Of a stretch of 64,000 bases of DNA, positions 1-9,328 are shown piece by piece; position 1 is the first letter of the stretch, and the number at the start of each line of letters is the position of its first letter. This DNA comes from Candidatus Hydrogenedentota bacterium. GTDB lineage: Bacteria; Hydrogenedentota; Hydrogenedentia; Hydrogenedentales; SLHB01. The translations under genes and the position numbers were made by a program. A model generated the notes under the pieces. That model was not told where the DNA came from, made no database searches, and saw only the letters and a program-made list of their open reading frames with translations. Location: the NCBI GenBank assembly GCA_045863335.1, contig BTVY01000004.1, forward strand, positions 128,001 through 192,000, in the 5' to 3' direction.

Positions 1-1053
1 CATGAGAAAGCTGCCGCCTTCCAGAAACACCATGCCATCCGTGGAGACTTCACGGCCTGGCTCGACTTCAATGCGCGTTTTCAGGGTCGCACGATAGGAC
101 TCGTCAAAAGCCTTCAGGAGGTTTGATCGGAAATCGCCCGCGGTTTGCCAACGATCCTCGCGCGGGATCTGGACGGCCTTCTGCAAGACCGTCAAGAGCG
201 AAGGGGCAACGTCGTCACGCACGGCGGTCACTTCGACGAAATCGTCCAGCGGCGTCCGCAAATTGAGCAATTCCCGGAAGATCAGCCCGACCGAATACAG
301 GTCCGCGCGGGAATCGATCTCCGCGTGGCGCAATTGCTCGGGCGACGCGTAAGCCTCGGTGCCTACGACGCGAGTCGGTTTGCCATCGGGTCCCTTGTCC
401 GTGAAAAGGCACTCTTCATCGACGACTTTGGCCAGCCCGAAATCAAGCACTTTCAGATGCTCGCCCGCGAGCAACATGACGTTCTCGGGCTTGATATCGC
501 GATGAATGACGATGCGGTGCGCGTAGTCGAGGGCTGCCAGAATCTGCGCGGTCAGCGTAACGGCCAGCCTTACGTCGACTAGCCTGCGTTGATTGCGGCA
601 ATTCCGGAGAAAGGCCCGCAGTGACTGGCCCTGAAGGTACTCCATGGAAATATAGAGGATTCCCTCAGGCGTGGCGCTGACGTCATGGACCGCCACGACG
701 TTCTCGTGGCGGAGCCGACGGGCGACCTGAGCCTCTTGAATGAACAGCTTGACGCCCTTCTGTGTATGCACGATGCGCGGGTCAAGAAACTTCAGCGCGA
801 CCCGCTCGTTCATCAAGGTGTCGTGGGCCCGGTAGACCATGCCCATGCCGCCCTTGCCGATAGGAGTCTCGATGACGTATCGATCGGAAATGCGATGGCC
901 TGGTTCAAACTGGAGATCCAGTTCCCTGTCGCCGTTCGCGGTATGAGGAACCAGCAACCGCGCGCCACAGCCAAAACACACCCCCCAACGTCCTTGGACC
1001 GTTGGTGGTACCGAGATAGTCAGACCGCATTGAGTGCACGTAACGTGAATCAT
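1..1053 (-). CDS. Ser/Thr protein kinase with N-terminal zinc ribbon, probably followed by an FGE/SUMF1-type domain; runs off window start
   Basis: Translated by hand (absent from the ORF track because there is no stop in the window): MIHVTCTQC...VCFGC, then IGKGGMGMVY, VALKFL, IHRDIKPEN, DFGLAK, GTEAYASPEQ, DLYSVG; ends MVFLEGGSFLM, typical start of an FGE-sulfatase domain. Confidence 0.9.
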   Translation of the reverse strand, partial: MIHVTCTQCGLTISVPPTVQGRWGVCFGCGARLLVPHTANGDRELDLQFEPGHRISDRYVIETPIGKGGMGMVYRAHDTLMNERVALKFLDPRIVHTQKGVKLFIQEAQVARRLRHENVVAVHDVSATPEGILYISMEYLQGQSLRAFLRNCRNQRRLVDVRLAVTLTAQILAALDYAHRIVIHRDIKPENVMLLAGEHLKVLDFGLAKVVDEECLFTDKGPDGKPTRVVGTEAYASPEQLRHAEIDSRADLYSVGLIFRELLNLRTPLDDFVEVTAVRDDVAPSLLTVLQKAVQIPREDRWQTAGDFRSNLLKAFDESYRATLKTRIEVEPGREVSTDGMVFLEGGSFLM

Positions 1054-1139
1054 GGTAAGGCAGGAATGCTACCACAGCCGCGTGACGGCGAGCAATGTAT
1101 ATCCCCTGGATTAAATGCAGCAACTCACCGTCACCGGCG

Positions 1140-1180
1140 AATAAGGAACCGGCCCGGATCGGGTGACCGATGCGGGCCGG
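1140..1180 (-). terminator. Probable intrinsic terminator after the Hyi-like gene
   Basis: Minus-strand hairpin CCGGCCCGCATCGG-TCAC-CCGATCCGGGCCGG followed by TTCCTTATT. Confidence 0.55.
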
Positions 1181-1202
1181 CGGGGCTTCCTGATGGAGGG
1201 GT

Positions 1203-2129
<927 letters not shown>

Positions 2130-2241
2130 CCGATCTCCTCACTTGCTGATTTCTACTCTTCCCCCCCCGCGGACGGCGTCGTTACGCGAAGCGGAACCAG
2201 CCTACCGCGTTTGGCGGTCGCATTGCCAAATTCTGAACGAC

Positions 2242-3333
2242 CTACTCCGACGGCGGCTTGAAATTCGTGACGCCCGCCGATTCCAGCGCCTTCATGAAGC
2301 CGTCCTTGTCCACGGCTTTCTTCCACGCTTCTTCGGCTTCTACGATGTCCTGCTTCACAAACTTCGCCAATTCGTCATTGAGCAGGGTCATTCCTTCCTT
2401 CTTGGCCGTCTGCATGATGCTCATGATCTGATTGTTCTTCGCTTCGCGAATCAGCGAAGAGACCGCCGCATTGACGATGAGCACCTCGAGCGCAGCCACA
2501 CGCCCTCCGCCCTTCTTCTTAAGGAGGTTCTGAGCCACGATGCCTTTCAGCGTGCCCGCGAGCATCGTGCGAATCTGCTGTTGCTGCTCCGACGGGAACT
2601 GGTCGATGAGCCGGTCCACGGTGGAAATGGCGGTCGTGGTGTGGAGGGTGCCAAAGACCAAGTGCCCTGTTTCCGCGGTTTCGATGGCGATGTGTGTCGT
2701 TTCCAGATCGCGCATTTCACCTACCAGCACGATGTCCGGATCCTCGCGCAGCGCCGCGCGCAGCGCCGCCTTGAAGCCTTTGGTGTGGGTGTGGACTTCA
2801 CGCTGGTTGATGAGACAGCGCTTGTTCTTGTGCACAAACTCGATAGGATCCTCGATCGTGATGATGTGGTCGCTGCGGGTCGCGTTGATGAGGTCGATGA
2901 GCGCCGCCAAGGTCGTCGACTTTCCGCTGCCCGTCGGACCCGTCACCAATACCAACCCCTTGCTCAACGAGCAGAACTTCTTGACCGCGTCCGGAAGCCC
3001 CAGTTGTTCGCAGGTCAGAATCTCGGTTGGAATCAACCGGAAGACACCGCCGATCCCCTTATGGTCCATGAAGATGTTGCAGCGAAAACGGCCGTAGCCT
3101 TCAAGCTCGTACGCGAAGTCCGTGTCGTGCACTTCGTTGAACTGCTTCTCGTTCTCGGGGGGCATGATCTCGTAGAGCACGCTCTTGACGGTTTGCCCGT
3201 CCATGGTCTCTTCCGACCGCAGTGCGGCGATGGACCCGTCTTTGCGCAGGATTGGTTTACACCCAGTGCAAAAATGCAGGTCCGAAGCACCGTGCTCGAC
3301 CATCGCCTTCAGATACTTATCAAGTTGCGCCAT
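2242..3333 (-). CDS. pilT: Type IV pilus retraction ATPase PilT/PilU family
   Basis: ASDLH, Walker A GPTGSGKST, TIEDPIEF, ALREDPDIVLVGEMRD, TGHLVFGTLHT, AVSSLIRE (AIRNLIRE-like). Confidence 0.93.
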   Translation of the reverse strand: MAQLDKYLKAMVEHGASDLHFCTGCKPILRKDGSIAALRSEETMDGQTVKSVLYEIMPPENEKQFNEVHDTDFAYELEGYGRFRCNIFMDHKGIGGVFRLIPTEILTCEQLGLPDAVKKFCSLSKGLVLVTGPTGSGKSTTLAALIDLINATRSDHIITIEDPIEFVHKNKRCLINQREVHTHTKGFKAALRAALREDPDIVLVGEMRDLETTHIAIETAETGHLVFGTLHTTTAISTVDRLIDQFPSEQQQQIRTMLAGTLKGIVAQNLLKKKGGGRVAALEVLIVNAAVSSLIREAKNNQIMSIMQTAKKEGMTLLNDELAKFVKQDIVEAEEAWKKAVDKDGFMKALESAGVTNFKPPSE

Positions 3334-3750
3334 GCATCAATCCTCCCCGATCAGCTTCGCCGTTCGCGCCCCGCCCGCGCAGGGCCGGTGTATCTCGTGG
3401 CCGCAACACGCTACCATCCGTTTCCTGTCGAAACAACCCATTTCTCCTCGCCTTGGAATCGGCCTTATGTTGTGGTAATCGCGCGGAGTTCACGACACGG
3501 GCGCATAGGCTCGACTCGAATAGCTGTAGTGCCGTGGCGAGTGCCACCCGGGCCTCCTTGCACAGATCTGTTCGCTTCGGGTGTGTCCGCCGCACATGTC
3601 TCTGCACGAGTTTCAAAAACCGACACGAGGCGCCGGGTGTCGCTAACCTGCACTATTTCAGCATGTTATAGGCGATCTTTGTCTAAAGCGTTTGTTGATA
3701 ATGAGTTGGCATTGAATATGCAGCCTTTTGGAGGCGGTACTACACCTAAC

Positions 3751-3780
3751 TTGATCTTTCGGTTTCAAACGCGGTATAAG
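3751..3780 (+). promoter_or_regulatory. Putative sigma-70 promoter of the hydrogenase operon
   Basis: TTGATC-N18-TATAAG in an AT-rich patch about 120 bp upstream of the first gene, immediately before the Rex-like operator. Confidence 0.45.
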
Positions 3781-3791
3781 GGTGTCGAGAT

Positions 3792-3815
3792 TAATCGTGA
3801 AATAAATCACGATTA
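3792..3815. promoter_or_regulatory. Rex operator
   Basis: Palindrome TAATCGTGA-AATAAA-TCACGATTA; 18-bp core TCGTGAA-ATAA-ATCACGA matches Rex consensus TTGTGAA-N4-TTCACAA; rex gene ends the same gene cluster. Confidence 0.8.
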
Positions 3816-3902
3816 GGCAGTCAAGGGTAGGCCTCCCCCGGTCCGAGATTCGGACGGCCAGTAGAACGGCGGCAGCACCGCCAACCAACGAGAGGTAGTA
3901 GT

Positions 3903-4283
3903 ATGGCCAAGATTCTCGTAGTCGACGACGACCCGGATATCACGGAGGCCTGCACGCTCTTCCTCGAACGCGAGGGGTTCGAGGTCGTCAGCGCCAACAG
4001 CCGGTCCTCGGGGATGGCATCCATTGAAGGATCGCCCCCGGACCTGGTCATCCTGGACGTCATGATGGAGCAGCCGGACGACGGCATGGCAATGGCGCAG
4101 GATCTGCGCCGCAACGGGTTCACCAATCCTATTCTCATGCTGACCAGTATCAGCAAGGTCAGTGGGCTGGAGTACGGCCGGGACAACGACGTGGTGCCGG
4201 TGGACGAGTTCCAGGAAAAGCCCGTGGACCCTGCAACGCTTATCGAGAAGGTCAAGCGCCTGCTCGCGGCGAAGGAGGGATAA
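3903..4283 (+). CDS. Stand-alone response regulator (REC domain only)
   Basis: ILVVDDD, DLVILDVMM (phospho-Asp), ILMLTS, KP motif; no output domain; RBS GAGG. Confidence 0.9.
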   Translation: MAKILVVDDDPDITEACTLFLEREGFEVVSANSRSSGMASIEGSPPDLVILDVMMEQPDDGMAMAQDLRRNGFTNPILMLTSISKVSGLEYGRDNDVVPVDEFQEKPVDPATLIEKVKRLLAAKEG

Positions 4284-4286
4284 GTC

Positions 4287-4808
4287 ATGTTGCTGACCGA
4301 ACAAGATCGATTGCGAGATGAAATCCAGCGCTGGGGCATGGTGTACGGTAAGGAACGGAGCGCGCTCATTCCCATTTTGCAGGAAATTCAACGCGTTCAT
4401 TCTCGCATTTCCGACTTCGCCATGCAGATTATAGCGGACATGCTCGACATCCATCCCGTGGAAGTTTACGGCGTGGTGTCCTTCTATAGCTTCCTGGACT
4501 GGAAGCCCAAGGGGCGTTTTGTCATTCGCCTGTGCCGGACCATTTCCTGCGACATGCAGGGCAAGGACCGGCTCGCGCGGCAGTTGGAAAATGACCTCGG
4601 CATCACCTTCGGAGAGACGACCCCGGACGGGCGGTTCACGCTGGAATGGGCCAACTGTATCGGCATGTGCGATCAGGGCCCGGCCCTGCTGGTCAACGAC
4701 CACGTGTTCACCCGGGTGACCCCGGACCGGATCCACGACATTCTCGAGGGATGCCGGAAAGTCTTCGGCGTACACGCGGCGCAAACGATGCAGGAGCAGT
4801 TGGTATGA
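4287..4808 (+). CDS. hydC: [FeFe]-hydrogenase gamma subunit (NuoE-like, thioredoxin-type [2Fe-2S])
   Basis: ALIPILQEIQ, VVSFYSF, CRTISC...CIGMCDQGPA. Confidence 0.9.
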   Translation: MLLTEQDRLRDEIQRWGMVYGKERSALIPILQEIQRVHSRISDFAMQIIADMLDIHPVEVYGVVSFYSFLDWKPKGRFVIRLCRTISCDMQGKDRLARQLENDLGITFGETTPDGRFTLEWANCIGMCDQGPALLVNDHVFTRVTPDRIHDILEGCRKVFGVHAAQTMQEQLV

Positions 4809-6034
4809 CTACGACAACGAACGGCCGCGGCGTTCAAACCACGACGACAGGGCATTTGACCTTCGGAACGGTGAAGCCGAACAGCGGCCTCCAAAATGCG
4901 ATCAAGAAAAGCCGCGCCGACATTATCGGCGAAATCAGCGCCTCGGGCATGAAAGGCCGTGGCGGCGCCGGGTTCCCGACTGGTGTTAAATGGAACCTCG
5001 CGGCGGCGGCTCAAGACGAACACAAGTACGTCGTGTGTAACGCCGATGAAGGCGAACCGGGGACGTTCAAGGACCGGGTCATCCTGTCCGAATACGCCGA
5101 CCTGGTCTTTGAAGGCATGACGATCGCGGGACTCGCGATTGGCGCGAAGACCGGTATTGTCTACCTGCGCGGCGAATACAGCTATTTGCGGCCGCTGCTG
5201 GAGGCCGTTCTGGAGCGGCGGCGCGGACAGAATCTCCTGGGCGACAATGTGCTCGGGCGCGACGGGTTCACCTTCGACATCACGATTCGCATGGGGTCCG
5301 GCGCCTACGTGTGCGGCGAAGAGACCGCACTCATCGAATCGCTGGAAGGGTACCGCGGCGAACCGCGCAATCGTCCGCCGTTCCCGGTCGACACGGGGTA
5401 CCTGGGCCATCCCACCATCGTCAACAACGTGGAGACGCTCGCATGGGCCGCCTGCATCCTGTCCAAGGGGGCGGCTTGGTTCAAGGGCATCGGAACGGAT
5501 AAGTCGACCGGGCTGAAATTGTTCAGCGTATCCGGCGACTGCGAACGTCCGGGTGTCTACGAATTTCCCATGGGCATCTCCATCGTCGAGCTGCTGCGCG
5601 AAGTTGGCGGCGAAGGCGCCAAGGCCGTGCAGGTTGGCGGCGCATCGGGACACTGCGTTCCCGCGAAGGAGTTCGCCCGAACCCTCGCATTTGAAGATAT
5701 TCCCACCGGCGGGTCCATCATCGTGTTTGGACCGCACCGGGACATGCTGGCCATCGCCCACAATTTCCTCGAGTTCTTCGTGGACGAGTCCTGCGGACAA
5801 TGCACGCCGTGCCGCGCCGGTACGGTGAAACTGCTGGAAGGCGTCGAACTGCTCCGCGACGGCGACTGCTCGATGCAGTACCTCCGCGAACTGTGTTCGC
5901 TGAGTGAAACGATGCAGTTGGCCTCCAAGTGCGGCCTGGGCCAATCGAGCCCCAACGCCTTCCTCTCCATCGTGAAGCATTTCCAGGACGAGATTATGGG
6001 ACGAACCGACCTCGCGACTGCGGGTAAGGAGTAG
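4805..6034 (+). CDS. hydB: [FeFe]-hydrogenase beta subunit (NuoF-like, FMN/NADH-binding), short 409-aa form
   Basis: GRGGAGFPTG, CNADEGEPGTFKDR, GAYVCGEETALIESLEG, NNVET, ESCGQCTPCR...CGLG; ATG overlaps hydC stop (ATGA). Confidence 0.92.
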   Translation: MTTTTNGRGVQTTTTGHLTFGTVKPNSGLQNAIKKSRADIIGEISASGMKGRGGAGFPTGVKWNLAAAAQDEHKYVVCNADEGEPGTFKDRVILSEYADLVFEGMTIAGLAIGAKTGIVYLRGEYSYLRPLLEAVLERRRGQNLLGDNVLGRDGFTFDITIRMGSGAYVCGEETALIESLEGYRGEPRNRPPFPVDTGYLGHPTIVNNVETLAWAACILSKGAAWFKGIGTDKSTGLKLFSVSGDCERPGVYEFPMGISIVELLREVGGEGAKAVQVGGASGHCVPAKEFARTLAFEDIPTGGSIIVFGPHRDMLAIAHNFLEFFVDESCGQCTPCRAGTVKLLEGVELLRDGDCSMQYLRELCSLSETMQLASKCGLGQSSPNAFLSIVKHFQDEIMGRTDLATAGKE

Positions 6035-6037
6035 AGC

Positions 6038-7966
6038 ATGTCGGATACGAGTACATTTGGAAAAGACGTATCGCGGGCGCCGGTCAGCCAGCGGGGACAT
6101 CGCATTGATTCTCCCGTGGACACGACCGCGATTGGCGGGCAGATTTCGGTTGAGATCGATGGCAAAAGCCTGAAAGTGCCGATTGGCACGACAATTCTCG
6201 ACGCAGCCAAGGAACTGGGGCTGAAGATTCCGACCTTGTGCCATCACGAAGACCTCTGCGTGGCGGGCGTGTGCCGCATGTGCGTGGTAGAGGTCGAGGG
6301 GCAGCGTACATTGCAGGCGTCCTGCGCCTATCCCATCACGCAGCCCATCAAGGTGAAAACCCATTCCCGTAAGGTGCGTCAGGCGCGGCGGCATATTCTC
6401 GACCTGCTCCTGGCGAATCACTACGGCGAATGCTACGCCTGCGGCCGGAATAACAACTGCGAGTTGCAGACCCTGGCCAAGGAGTATGGTGTCGATTTCT
6501 TCCGCTTCGGCCACCCTGACGAACCCATGTTCGAGATTGACACGTCGAGTCACTCCGTCGTGCGCGACATGAACAAGTGTATCCTGTGCCGGCGCTGCAT
6601 CCGGACTTGCATCGACTTCCAGGAAGTGGGCGTCCTTGAAGTGGAAGGCCGCGGCGCGGAATCCAAGGTCACGACCTTCATGGACAAGCCGCTCGCGGAA
6701 GTCGTCTGCATCAATTGCGGCCAGTGCATTAACCGGTGCCCGACGGGCGCCTTGCGCGCGAACGACCCGACCGACGAAGTGTGGGCAGCCATCGACGATC
6801 CGACTAAACACGTCATCATGCAGACGGCGCCGAGCCCCCGCGCCGGTATCGGCGAATGCTTTGGCCTGCCGCCCGGCCGCGCGTTGACCTTCGAGATGAA
6901 TACGGCGCTTCGCCAGTGCGGGTTCGACAAGGTCTTCGACACGAACTTCACGGCCGATCTCACGATCATTGAGGAAGGCACGGAACTGATTCTTCGCTTG
7001 AAGAAGGCATTGGTCGACGGCGAGCCGGTGGCGATCCCGCAATTCACAAGTTGTTCGCCGGGTTGGGTGAAGTACATCGAACACTTTTACCCCGAGTACC
7101 TGACGCATCTCTCGAGCGCAAAGAGTCCGCAGCAGATGTTCGGGGCGCTGATTAAGACGTACTACGCACATCTGAATAAGATCGATCCCAAGGACATCGT
7201 CTCGGTGGCGCTCATGCCGTGCTCGGCCAAGAAGTTCGAGTGCAACCGGCCGGAAATGTGTGACAGCGGATACAAGGACATTGACTACGGATTGACGACC
7301 CGCGAACTCGGCAAGATGATCAGCGAAGCGGGGATCTATCTGCCCGACTTGCCCAAGTCGGATTTCGACGATCCCTTCGGTACGGCCACCGGGTCCGGTG
7401 TCATCTTTGGCGCTACCGGCGGTGTAATGGAAGCCGCACTGCGGACGGTCATCGAGTTGGTGACGGGCAAGAAGGTCGAAAGCTTCTTTGACCACGCCGA
7501 GATCATACCTCTCCGCGGGTTCGAGGGAATCCGGTACGCTGAAGTGCCGATTACCGAAGTCGGCCCCGTGCCCGAACTCCTGAAGGGCTTGGTCGACAAT
7601 TGGGATTGGTTGAAGGGCGCAACGTTGAAGGTTGCGGTGGCGCACGGTACGGCCTACGCCAAGAAGGTGATGGAAGACATCCGCGCCGGCGGCAAATTCA
7701 GCGAATGCCACTTCATCGAATTCATGGCGTGTCCGGGCGGTTGTTTGGGCGGCGGCGGCCAGCCGATTCCGACCAGCCCTGCCATCCGTGCCGCGCGTGC
7801 GCAGGCGATTTACTCTGAAGACCGGGCTTACGATGTGCGCAAATCGCACGAGAACCCGGCGATTACACGAATCTACAGCGAATTCCTCACCGACGGGCCC
7901 TGTGGGCACCTCAGCCACAAGCTGTTGCACACCCATTACACCCCGCGGGGAAAATTTATCACGTAG
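6038..7966 (+). CDS. hydA: Group A [FeFe]-hydrogenase catalytic subunit (N-terminal 2Fe-2S, His-ligated 4Fe-4S, 2x4Fe-4S, H-cluster)
   Basis: H-cluster motifs TSCSPGW, MPCSAKKFE, EFMACPGGCLGGGGQP; CILCRRCIRTC and CINCGQCINRCP; C-terminal RKSHENP...HKLLHTHY. Confidence 0.96.
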   Translation: MSDTSTFGKDVSRAPVSQRGHRIDSPVDTTAIGGQISVEIDGKSLKVPIGTTILDAAKELGLKIPTLCHHEDLCVAGVCRMCVVEVEGQRTLQASCAYPITQPIKVKTHSRKVRQARRHILDLLLANHYGECYACGRNNNCELQTLAKEYGVDFFRFGHPDEPMFEIDTSSHSVVRDMNKCILCRRCIRTCIDFQEVGVLEVEGRGAESKVTTFMDKPLAEVVCINCGQCINRCPTGALRANDPTDEVWAAIDDPTKHVIMQTAPSPRAGIGECFGLPPGRALTFEMNTALRQCGFDKVFDTNFTADLTIIEEGTELILRLKKALVDGEPVAIPQFTSCSPGWVKYIEHFYPEYLTHLSSAKSPQQMFGALIKTYYAHLNKIDPKDIVSVALMPCSAKKFECNRPEMCDSGYKDIDYGLTTRELGKMISEAGIYLPDLPKSDFDDPFGTATGSGVIFGATGGVMEAALRTVIELVTGKKVESFFDHAEIIPLRGFEGIRYAEVPITEVGPVPELLKGLVDNWDWLKGATLKVAVAHGTAYAKKVMEDIRAGGKFSECHFIEFMACPGGCLGGGGQPIPTSPAIRAARAQAIYSEDRAYDVRKSHENPAITRIYSEFLTDGPCGHLSHKLLHTHYTPRGKFIT

Positions 7967-7975
7967 GGGGATGCA

Positions 7976-9328
7976 ATGAAGACGGAGCGCTCCAGCTCAC
8001 AGGGATGTGGAGACATTCTGGAATACGTAGAACTCAACGCGGCGGAACTCGCAGCCGCAGTGTTCTCCGAGCCGGAGCGCTCCGTTTTGGACGCCGTAAA
8101 CCAACGCGTTGCAGCGGCGGAATCGCTCGACGCGATTATGAATTTCGTGTTCGACAGCACCCGAAGTCTGTTCCCCTGCGACCGTATGGGCCTCGCCTTT
8201 CTGGAGGAGGATAGCTCCCGCGTCGTGGCCTACTGGTCCCGCGCGGACTATGAAGCATTGGAGCTCGACAAAGGCTACGCGGAAGATCTGAAAGGCAGCT
8301 CGCTGGAATCGGTATTCCAGCGAGGTTGCATCCGCATCATCAACGACCTGCAGCAATACCTCGAAAGCAAGCCCATCAGCGCCTCGACAGCCCTGCTGGT
8401 GCGGGAGGGCGTGCGGTCCAGCATGACCTGTCCGCTCACGGTCGACGAACGCCGGGTAGGATTCCTCTTTCGCAGTTCGCGTACCCCCTTCGCCTACGAC
8501 CGCCACCAAGCCCTTCTTCAATCGGCCATGGTCGAACGGCTTGCTCAAGCCGTTGAGAAGGCCTACCGTATCGAGCAACTGGAAAACGCCAATCTGGCCT
8601 ATCGCGAATTGCTGGCCTTCGTGAGCCATGAGGTGAAAAGCCCCGTTGCCTCAATTGCCATGGATGCCCGCGTTCTGGCGGAAGCGTATCTGGGTGAACT
8701 GGCCCCGCAACAGCGCCGTAAAGTGCAACGGATTATCGCGAAAGCCGAGCACGTCTTGCTGCTCGCGCGCGACTACCTCGATCTCACGCGCATCGACACC
8801 TTAAGCCCCGACCCGCAATTTCACGAGGTGGCTGATTTCGTCGCGGAGGTCATGGAGCCTGCCATCGAGATTGGCGGCGCGCAACTGGAAGATCGCAACA
8901 TGTGGATTACGCGCGAGTTTCCGAAAGCCCTGCTTCATGTTTCTTGCGAACCGGAACTTCTGCGGATTGCCCTCGGCAATCTTATGTCCAACGCGGTAAA
9001 ATATGGAAAGGAAGGCGGGGAAGTGCGCGTCAAAGTCGAACGGACCCGCATCGGAGTCCGTGTGACGGTCTGGAACGAAGGTCCCGGTTTTCCTGCCGAA
9101 AGCAAATCACGGCTGTTCCGCCGGTTTTCCCGGCTGCAAACCTCCGAAACGAAGCAGGTTCCCGGAACGGGAATCGGCCTCTACTCCGTCTGGCGTATCG
9201 CCAAGCTGCACGGGGGGCATGCTGACGCGGAGTCCGAGGAAGGCCAGTGGGCCGAGTTCACGATCGAAATCCCCCAACCGCCCGGCACCCTCGACCGGGA
9301 CACCATGGAGTCGTTCCTGTCATGTTAA
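7976..9328 (+). CDS. Cytoplasmic GAF-domain sensor histidine kinase
   Basis: GAF-like region (RSSMTCPL...GFL), H-box SHEVKSP, N-box NLMSNAVKY, G-boxes NEGPG and GTGIGL; no transmembrane helix seen. Confidence 0.9.
   Translation: MKTERSSSQGCGDILEYVELNAAELAAAVFSEPERSVLDAVNQRVAAAESLDAIMNFVFDSTRSLFPCDRMGLAFLEEDSSRVVAYWSRADYEALELDKGYAEDLKGSSLESVFQRGCIRIINDLQQYLESKPISASTALLVREGVRSSMTCPLTVDERRVGFLFRSSRTPFAYDRHQALLQSAMVERLAQAVEKAYRIEQLENANLAYRELLAFVSHEVKSPVASIAMDARVLAEAYLGELAPQQRRKVQRIIAKAEHVLLLARDYLDLTRIDTLSPDPQFHEVADFVAEVMEPAIEIGGAQLEDRNMWITREFPKALLHVSCEPELLRIALGNLMSNAVKYGKEGGEVRVKVERTRIGVRVTVWNEGPGFPAESKSRLFRRFSRLQTSETKQVPGTGIGLYSVWRIAKLHGGHADAESEEGQWAEFTIEIPQPPGTLDRDTMESFLSC

Noticed and set aside
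4673-7936. 1087-aa minus-strand ORF, and similar long ORFs at 1699-3816, 9325-10653, 18877-20103, 28473-29852, 38530-39756, 45308-47341, 63021-63989
   Set aside because: Antisense or alternate-frame shadows of well-supported genes in high-GC DNA; no recognisable motifs
4287-7966. Calling HydABC an electron-bifurcating hydrogenase or a complex I NuoEFG module
   Set aside because: H-cluster motifs exclude NuoG; HydB lacks the extra FeS domains and the AFM/GGPSG motifs of bifurcating enzymes
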